Position numbers and translations under genes: made by a program. A DNA stretch of 63,773 nt, the filler included. It is 3 parts of 3 records of this genome, joined end to end, with 100 filler letters (N's around TTAATTAATTAA, not from the genome) between each part and the next. Parts side by side here need not be neighbours in the genome. Positions count along the whole stretch, not along the records: positions 38,338 to 63,773 come from DRR723986_9145; 2 more parts are not named here. One strand, written 5' to 3'. The notes below the pieces were generated by a model that did no database searches, was not told where the DNA came from, and was given only the letters and a program-made list of their open reading frames with translations. Every line of letters starts with the position of its first letter. Position 1 is the stretch's first letter. Below, piece by piece: positions 57,633 to 63,773 of this stretch.

Positions 57633-58640
57633 ATGAAACGGTTCGTCATTTTCGCTGCAATTTTGTTTGCCCTCCTCATCGCAGGGCGCTTCGTTGTATG
57701 GCCGCGCGTCAACCCGGCCGGAAGCGACACCGACGGCGCACTAACGCTCTATGGCAATGTCGAAATCCGTCAGGTGGAACTGGCTTTCCGGGTCTCTGGC
57801 CGTCTCGAAGCAGTCAATTTTGAAGAAGGTGATGCAATTTCAGCAGGCGATGAAATTGCGAGTCTGGACACAGCTCCGCTGCGTGATGCCGTCACACAAG
57901 CCAGAGCCGAAGCGTCTGTGCGTCAGGCCGAACTGGCACGATTGAAGGCGGGAAGCCGGTCTCAGGAGATCGACAGGGCCCGCGCTCGCGTCGAAGAACT
58001 TGAGGCGACGGTTTTGGCAGCCCAGCAAGTATTTGACCGGCAGGCAAACCTGCTCAAACAAGGGTTTGCGACCCAGCAAGTCGTTGATACAGCACGCGCC
58101 GCGCTCGACACTGCGGAAAAGCGACTTGTTGCCGGGCAAAAGGAACTGGCACTCGTGCAAATCGGGCCGCGCGCTGAAGAGATCGCTGCAAGCATGGCCG
58201 GGGTTGAGGCGGCCGAAGCATCTGTTGCACAAGCTGAATTGAGGCTTGATGACACAATCCTGCGTGCGCCTTCAGATGGGGTTTTGTTGGCACGCGTGCG
58301 CGAACCAGGCTCCATCATCAATGCTGGTACACCCGTGGCAACACTGGCTCTGACCCGGCCGGTTTGGGTGCGTGCCTATGTAGATGAGACCGACCTCGGG
58401 GTCGTCGCTCCCGGCAAGCTCGCTCAGGTTTTTACCGACAGCGCGCCGGATCGCGCCTATTCGGGACAGGTCGGTTTTGTTTCTCCTGTTGCAGAATTCA
58501 CTCCCCGGACTGTTCAGACCCCCGACTTGCGCACCGATCTCGTTTATCAAGTCCGTATCATTGTCGACACGCCAGACAGCGGTTTGCGCCAGGGTATGCC
58601 GGCAACCGTGAAGCTCAGCCGATCAGCTCCAGCAGAGTGA
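57633..58640 (+). CDS. ybhG: HlyD-family membrane fusion protein
   Basis: N-terminal TM, LYGNVEIRQV, coiled coil, WVRAYVDE, AEFTPRTVQT..RTDLVY. Confidence 0.88.
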   Translation: MKRFVIFAAILFALLIAGRFVVWPRVNPAGSDTDGALTLYGNVEIRQVELAFRVSGRLEAVNFEEGDAISAGDEIASLDTAPLRDAVTQARAEASVRQAELARLKAGSRSQEIDRARARVEELEATVLAAQQVFDRQANLLKQGFATQQVVDTARAALDTAEKRLVAGQKELALVQIGPRAEEIAASMAGVEAAEASVAQAELRLDDTILRAPSDGVLLARVREPGSIINAGTPVATLALTRPVWVRAYVDETDLGVVAPGKLAQVFTDSAPDRAYSGQVGFVSPVAEFTPRTVQTPDLRTDLVYQVRIIVDTPDSGLRQGMPATVKLSRSAPAE

Positions 58641-60406
58641 GACAGGTGATGCTTGACAAGCCGATCCATCAGTCCGCGGGGCAGCCGTTCGTTCAGATAA
58701 GGGAGGTCACCAAACACTTCAGCGCGAAAGGCCCACCCGCGCTGGAGACCGTTTCAGGCACGATAGAAACCGGAAAAATCACAGGCCTGGTCGGCCCCGA
58801 TGGAGCGGGCAAGACAACATTGATCCGTTTGCTGACGGGCCTGAGCCGCCCAAGCAAGGGAGCCGTGCTCATTGAAGGTGAGGACGCATACGCATCCCAG
58901 CATTATCTACACCAGATGCTTGGCTATATGCCGCAACGTTTTGGCCTGTATGAGGACCTCAGCGTTATGGAAAACCTGGTTTTGTTTGCAGACCTCAAAG
59001 GCCTGTCAGGGCCCCAGCGAGACGAAACGTTCTCTCACCTTCTGAAGTTTACCGATCTGGCCCGTTTTACCGAACGTCTGGCCGGAGCCTTATCCGGAGG
59101 GATGAAGCAGAAACTTGGCCTCGCCTGCGCCCTGCTCACACGTCCGCGACTGCTTTTGCTTGATGAGCCTTCCGTGGGCGTCGATCCGATATCACGCCGG
59201 GAGTTGTGGTCCATGGTAAGCGAGCTTGTTGATAAAAGCATGGCAGTCGTTTGGGCGACAGCCTACCTCGACGAGGCTGAAAAATGCGACGAAGTCCTGC
59301 TACTCAGTGATGGGAAGCTATTGTACTCCGGCTCGCCCGCCAACCTGACGGACACCATGACAGGCCGTGTCTACCTGGCCCATTTGCCGCAGGCAAAGCG
59401 GCGTGAGACAATCGCACCGCTACTGGCAGACACGTCGGTCGCCGACGCGATCCTGCATGGAGATGCTATACGTCTGCTGACACAGAAGAGTGCAGATCTT
59501 GCGCATATACAGGGTCTCGTCGACGGAGAGCTGGTTCCTGCCGCGCCGCGCTTCGAGGATGCCTTTGTCGACCGGTTAGGCGGCGGACCTGACGGGCGTT
59601 CGCCCCTGGTTGATGCGATGAAGGCCCATACCGATACAGGTGAGGCCGTCGTCGAAGCGCGCGGTCTCACAAAACGCTATGGCAGCTTTGCTGCAGCCTC
59701 GAACATCACCTTCAGCCAGAAGCGCGGGGAAATCCTTGGGCTGCTTGGTCCCAATGGCGCGGGCAAATCGACGACGTTCAAAATGCTTTGCGGTCTGACT
59801 GCGCCAAGCGAAGGCGAAGGACGGGTTGCCGGGTATGATTTGCGGACCGCAGCAGCCGATGCGCGCGGGCGACTCGGCTATATGGCGCAGAAATTTTCCC
59901 TGTATGGGGACATTTCTGTTGCGCAAAATCTTTCCTTCTTTGCAGGCGTTTATGGTCTTGGTCGCCTCCGCGCGAAAGAGCGAATCGACACCATGCTCGA
60001 AGCTTTTGATCTGACGGCTTATCGAGGTACGACTGCTGGGCAATTGCCGCTTGGCTTCAAGCAGCGCCTTGCGCTCGCTGCCGCGCTCCTGCATGAGCCT
60101 GAAGTCCTGTTTCTCGACGAACCAACGTCCGGGGTCGATCCCATTACCCGGCGAGAGTTCTGGTCGCACATCAATGCCCTCACCGCGAAAAATGTTGCCG
60201 TTCTGGTTACCACCCATTTCATGGAGGAAGCCGAGTATTGTGATCGGATCAATCTGATCTATCGCGGCAAGACGATTGCCGAAGGAACCCCGGACGCACT
60301 CAAGGCAAGTTGCCCGAATGAGGACGGGTCCGTCGTCACCATGGAAGACGCGTTCATTGCCCTCGTGGCACGATCTGAACAGGTAGAGAAGGAGGCCGTC
60401 GCATGA
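58637..60406 (+). CDS. ybhF: ABC transporter ATPase with two NBDs
   Basis: GPDGAGKTT, LSGGMKQK, GPNGAGKST, LPLGFKQR, DEPTSGVDP. Confidence 0.9.
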   Translation: MRQVMLDKPIHQSAGQPFVQIREVTKHFSAKGPPALETVSGTIETGKITGLVGPDGAGKTTLIRLLTGLSRPSKGAVLIEGEDAYASQHYLHQMLGYMPQRFGLYEDLSVMENLVLFADLKGLSGPQRDETFSHLLKFTDLARFTERLAGALSGGMKQKLGLACALLTRPRLLLLDEPSVGVDPISRRELWSMVSELVDKSMAVVWATAYLDEAEKCDEVLLLSDGKLLYSGSPANLTDTMTGRVYLAHLPQAKRRETIAPLLADTSVADAILHGDAIRLLTQKSADLAHIQGLVDGELVPAAPRFEDAFVDRLGGGPDGRSPLVDAMKAHTDTGEAVVEARGLTKRYGSFAAASNITFSQKRGEILGLLGPNGAGKSTTFKMLCGLTAPSEGEGRVAGYDLRTAAADARGRLGYMAQKFSLYGDISVAQNLSFFAGVYGLGRLRAKERIDTMLEAFDLTAYRGTTAGQLPLGFKQRLALAAALLHEPEVLFLDEPTSGVDPITRREFWSHINALTAKNVAVLVTTHFMEEAEYCDRINLIYRGKTIAEGTPDALKASCPNEDGSVVTMEDAFIALVARSEQVEKEAVA

Positions 60407-61539
60407 CCAGGCCGCCTCTTCCCGCACCGGTCCGGCGAACCCTGTCGCTTGCGCGGAAGGAAACCTTTCAGATCATCCGCGATCCGTCATCCATCCTGAT
60501 CGCGTTTATTCTGCCTTTGATCCTACTCTTCTTGTTCGGGTTCGGTATCTCGCTCGATGCCAACTCTATTCGCATCGGTATTGTGGTCCAGGACGGACGC
60601 GCGGATGCGCGCAGCCTCATACAGGCATTCGAGGCCTCTAGCTATTTTGACGTCGTCACGGCATTTGACCAGGCCGAGCTGGAGCCGGTTTTGGTGTCCG
60701 GAAAATTGCGCGGCCTTGTCATCATTCCATCCGACTTCTCCGAGCGCCTGCGTGCGCGCGATCCGACCCCGATTGAAATCCTGACGGATGGGTCTCAACC
60801 GAATACAGCGCAGTTTGTCACAAACTATGCACAGGGAGTCTTCGGCGTATGGCAGGCAAGGCTGTTCGGCGACGCTGCTGCTAAACCATCCGCGGCAATC
60901 ACGCCGCAACCGCGATTCTGGTTCAACGCCGAACTGACCAGTCGCTACAATCTTGTACCAGGCTCGACGGCCGTCGTGATGACGATCATCGGGACGTTGC
61001 TGACCGCACTGGTGATAGCGCGCGAATGGGAACGCGGCACGATGGAGGCTGTGCTGGCCACACCGGTCAGCCGCATAGAATTACTGTTATCGAAGATCCT
61101 GCCTTATTTTCTTCTCGGCATGAGTTCGCTTGTGCTGTGCGCCATTGCAGCGGTCTTTGTATTTGATGTTCCATTCCGGGGATCCGTATTTGCCCTCGTT
61201 GCGGTCGCAGCTGCTTTCCTGGTGCCCGCCCTCGGTCAGGGTTTGCTGATTTCTGCCGTGACAAAAAACCAGTTTGTGGCAGCCCAGCTTGCGCTCTTCA
61301 CTGGCTTCCTTCCCGCAACGCTGCTGTCTGGGTTTATCTTCGAAATCAGCGCCATGCCTTTGCCGATCCGCACCGTCACCACGGTGATCCCGGCACGCTA
61401 TTTCGTAACGAGCTTACAAACACTCTTTCTGGCGGGAGATGTCTGGTCCGTGCTCTTGCCTGCGATAACCAGAATGTTGGCTGTCGGAACCTTCTTTCTG
61501 ACACTCACCTGGCTTGCCACACCGAAGCGGATCACCTGA
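60403..61539 (+). CDS. ybhS: ABC-2 type permease
   Basis: KETFQIIRDPSS, AREWERGTMEA, TNQF-like KNQFVAAQ. Confidence 0.88.
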   Translation: MTRPPLPAPVRRTLSLARKETFQIIRDPSSILIAFILPLILLFLFGFGISLDANSIRIGIVVQDGRADARSLIQAFEASSYFDVVTAFDQAELEPVLVSGKLRGLVIIPSDFSERLRARDPTPIEILTDGSQPNTAQFVTNYAQGVFGVWQARLFGDAAAKPSAAITPQPRFWFNAELTSRYNLVPGSTAVVMTIIGTLLTALVIAREWERGTMEAVLATPVSRIELLLSKILPYFLLGMSSLVLCAIAAVFVFDVPFRGSVFALVAVAAAFLVPALGQGLLISAVTKNQFVAAQLALFTGFLPATLLSGFIFEISAMPLPIRTVTTVIPARYFVTSLQTLFLAGDVWSVLLPAITRMLAVGTFFLTLTWLATPKRIT

Positions 61540-61540
61540 C

Positions 61541-62641
61541 ATGTGGCACCGCATCGTGTCTCTCATCATCAAGGAAATGCTTGCCATCTGGCGCGATCCC
61601 AAGGGACGGGCTGTGATTCTGGTTCCACCCCTTCTGCAGCTTGTGATCTTTGCATTCGCGATGACGATGGAAGTCCGCAATCTCGATATCGCTGTTCTCA
61701 ATCTCGACACCGGGAACCGGGGCAGAGAGGTCGAAGCTGGCATTCTCGGCGCGTCGCCTTTTGATGACGTAATTCGCTTGCAATCGGTTAACCAGATCAG
61801 GGAGATGATCGACGGTCAGCGCGTCATTGCCGTTGTTCATATTGGCCAGGACTTCACCCGTCGGATAGAGGCCGGCAAATCGGCAGACGTACAGATCATT
61901 CTGGACGGCAGAAAGTCCAATGCATCGCAGATTGTGAATTCATATCTTTCATCGATTATTTCGCGAGTATCGGCGGCGGCGTATGCGGGACATGAAACGC
62001 CTGACGTCTTGCGCGTCCGGCACTGGTTCAATCCTAATCTTGAATATACATGGTTCACACTCCCCGGACTGGTCGCGACCATTACGCTGCTGACCACGAT
62101 CATTGTGACGGCCCTGTCGGTCGCTCGGGAGCGCGAGCTTGGAACCTTCGACCAGTTGCTGGTCTCCCCGCTCAGGCCGCTCGAGATCGTCGTAGGTAAG
62201 TCTGCCCCGGGCCTGATCTTCGGCTATCTGCACGGGACTTTCTTTATCCTTGTTGCAATATTCGGATTCAAAATCCCTTTTGCGGGGTCATTGTTTGCGC
62301 TCTATGGGTCAATGTTCTTCTATTTGCTCGCAGTGATCGGAATTGGACTTTTCATCTCGGCGATTTCTGCCACGCAACAACAGGCCATATTGGGCGCATT
62401 TGTTTTCGCGTCGCCCGCCGTCCTGCTGTCAGGCTTCATGTCTCCAGTTGAAAACATGCCGGACTGGATGCAACTGGCGACGCAGATAAATCCGCTCCGT
62501 CATTTTCTTGTCGTCGCACAGGGCGTCTTCCTGAAAGACCTTCCTCTCTTTGAAGTGGCTCGCAACACATTTCCACTTGTGCTGATAGCAACCATAACGC
62601 TTCCGGCATCGGCTTGGCTGCTCAGAAAAAAGGTTTCATGA
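61541..62641 (+). CDS. ybhR: ABC-2 type permease
   Basis: Start MWHRIVSLIIKE at 61541. AREREL GTFDQLLVSPL, TQQQAILG, LLSGFMSPVENMP. Confidence 0.88.
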   Translation: MWHRIVSLIIKEMLAIWRDPKGRAVILVPPLLQLVIFAFAMTMEVRNLDIAVLNLDTGNRGREVEAGILGASPFDDVIRLQSVNQIREMIDGQRVIAVVHIGQDFTRRIEAGKSADVQIILDGRKSNASQIVNSYLSSIISRVSAAAYAGHETPDVLRVRHWFNPNLEYTWFTLPGLVATITLLTTIIVTALSVARERELGTFDQLLVSPLRPLEIVVGKSAPGLIFGYLHGTFFILVAIFGFKIPFAGSLFALYGSMFFYLLAVIGIGLFISAISATQQQAILGAFVFASPAVLLSGFMSPVENMPDWMQLATQINPLRHFLVVAQGVFLKDLPLFEVARNTFPLVLIATITLPASAWLLRKKVS

Positions 62642-63295
62642 ATGTCCAAACCCGACGACTCCAGAAGCATCGAAACACGCGACCAGCTAGTTCAGGCCGC
62701 CATCGAATTATTCGGTCTTGCAGGCTATGATGGAACGTCCACGCGCGCCATTTCAAGCAAGGCAGGCGCATCGCTCGGCGCAATTCCATACCACTTCAAG
62801 ACCAAGGAAAATCTCTATCTCGCCGCTGCAGAAACAATTGCAGAGCAAGTGTCCAGGAAACTCGGTCCGGTACTCGATGCTTTCGAAACCGAAATCTACA
62901 GCGACAAACTTTCCCGCAAACGCGCCATCTCGCTGCTCGAAGAGATATTCACGCCCTTTGTCACGATGCTTGCCAGCAATGTTAGTGAAACCTGGGCCCG
63001 TTTTACATTACGCGAGCAGGCCGCCCCAACTAAAGCATTTGAGATCCTGTACGCCAGCGATATTGGTCGTTTCTTCCGGGCGGTAGTTCATCTAACGGCA
63101 ATCGCGAGCGGTGACGACGCTGCGTCCCAAACCGCGCGCATCAGAGGACTGACGCTGGTGGGCCAGGCGCTGGCTTTTCGCGCGGCCAGGGCGCTCTCCC
63201 TGCGAACACTTGAACGGGAAGACCTGGGTCCTCAGGAGATAGCCCTGATTACGACTGCTATCCGCGAAAATATTCGTTTACTGCAATATCTGTAA
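62642..63295 (+). CDS. cecR: TetR-family regulator, CecR/YbiH-like
   Basis: GYDGTSTRAISSKAGASLGAIPYHFKTKENLY; C-terminal LREQAAPTKAFEILY..TLVGQ..FR. Adjacent to ybhGFSR. Confidence 0.78.
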   Translation: MSKPDDSRSIETRDQLVQAAIELFGLAGYDGTSTRAISSKAGASLGAIPYHFKTKENLYLAAAETIAEQVSRKLGPVLDAFETEIYSDKLSRKRAISLLEEIFTPFVTMLASNVSETWARFTLREQAAPTKAFEILYASDIGRFFRAVVHLTAIASGDDAASQTARIRGLTLVGQALAFRAARALSLRTLEREDLGPQEIALITTAIRENIRLLQYL

Positions 63296-63773
63296 CAACC
63301 CGCACATCGTGCACTTTCAGATCTTGGTAGATTCTCGGTCTGCCTCCTGGATCTCGTAAGCTTCGGACAATGAGAATCCAGGCCAGGGTTTCGGCCACAC
63401 AATCGGATAGTCTTTCGAGAAGAGCTTCTCGCCATCCCTTAGATGGCCGCTCAACCCAATCTGCCGGATGGCTCCGGGACGGTCCAGATACCGCACCATA
63501 TCCCCGCAATATCTGAAAGAGACTGCCCTGCGCCATGTGTCCGACGGATTGAGTCAGGTCGAATTGTCACGTTCAAGACGCGCATGATGTGCGGCGTCCG
63601 CTGACATTCTTCATCTATCCCGGTTCTGTGGCGTACGAATTCAGAAAAAGTCCTGAGCTTGAATGCCTTGTAAAGAGAACTCCCGGCGCAGCCGGTCCAG
63701 GCCCTTGTTGCGCAATTGTCGAATACGTTCTTTTGAAACGCCATAGTCGGCTGCCAGACTCTCAAGCGTACGC

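Noticed and set aside
63258-63773. Three short overlapping minus-strand ORFs at the window end as a pseudogene or IS remnant
   Set aside because: No transposase or other motif and no terminal inverted repeat seen. It cannot be called without a search.

Overview
The window is not continuous DNA. It is three contigs joined by artificial 100-nt linkers (N44-TTAATTAATTAA-N44, at 20800-20899 and 38238-38337), so nothing can be inferred across the junctions. Segment 1 (1-20799) is a high-GC alphaproteobacterial chromosome piece. It has xylF divergent from a translationally coupled ROK regulator / di-heme DHOR-family protein / CRTAC1 (FG-GAP + ASPIC-UnbV) operon; a LysR-linked cluster of NMT1/THI5 ABC transporter, metal-dependent deaminase, FAD oxidoreductase, flavodoxin-fold reductase, RidA and creatininase-family amidohydrolase; preTA under a RutR-type box; a membrane GGDEF-EAL protein; and a truncated pyrimidine-type SBP. 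Segment 2 (20900-38237) starts with a decaying AACCCCG heptamer array and carries the 5' part of a hybrid lipopeptide assembly line: FAAL-ACP; T-C-A-T-KS-AT-KR-T; docking-C-A-T-C-A(truncated). It is predicted to build a statine-like gamma-amino-beta-hydroxy acid unit and has an unusual 45-aa internal duplication in the FAAL. Segment 3 (38338-63773) is an alphaproteobacterial anaerobiosis module (narK, Cys-poor Crp/Fnr regulator, moaA with a Moco riboswitch, nnrS, class II nrdJ, moeA-moaCBED, ubiTUV, several FNR-type boxes), followed by a TetR/di-iron oxygenase pair, a beta-CASP nuclease + LOG pair and a ybhGFSR-cecR efflux operon. No rRNA, tRNA, CRISPR array or transposase was recognised. All family assignments come from motif recognition by eye, with no database search.
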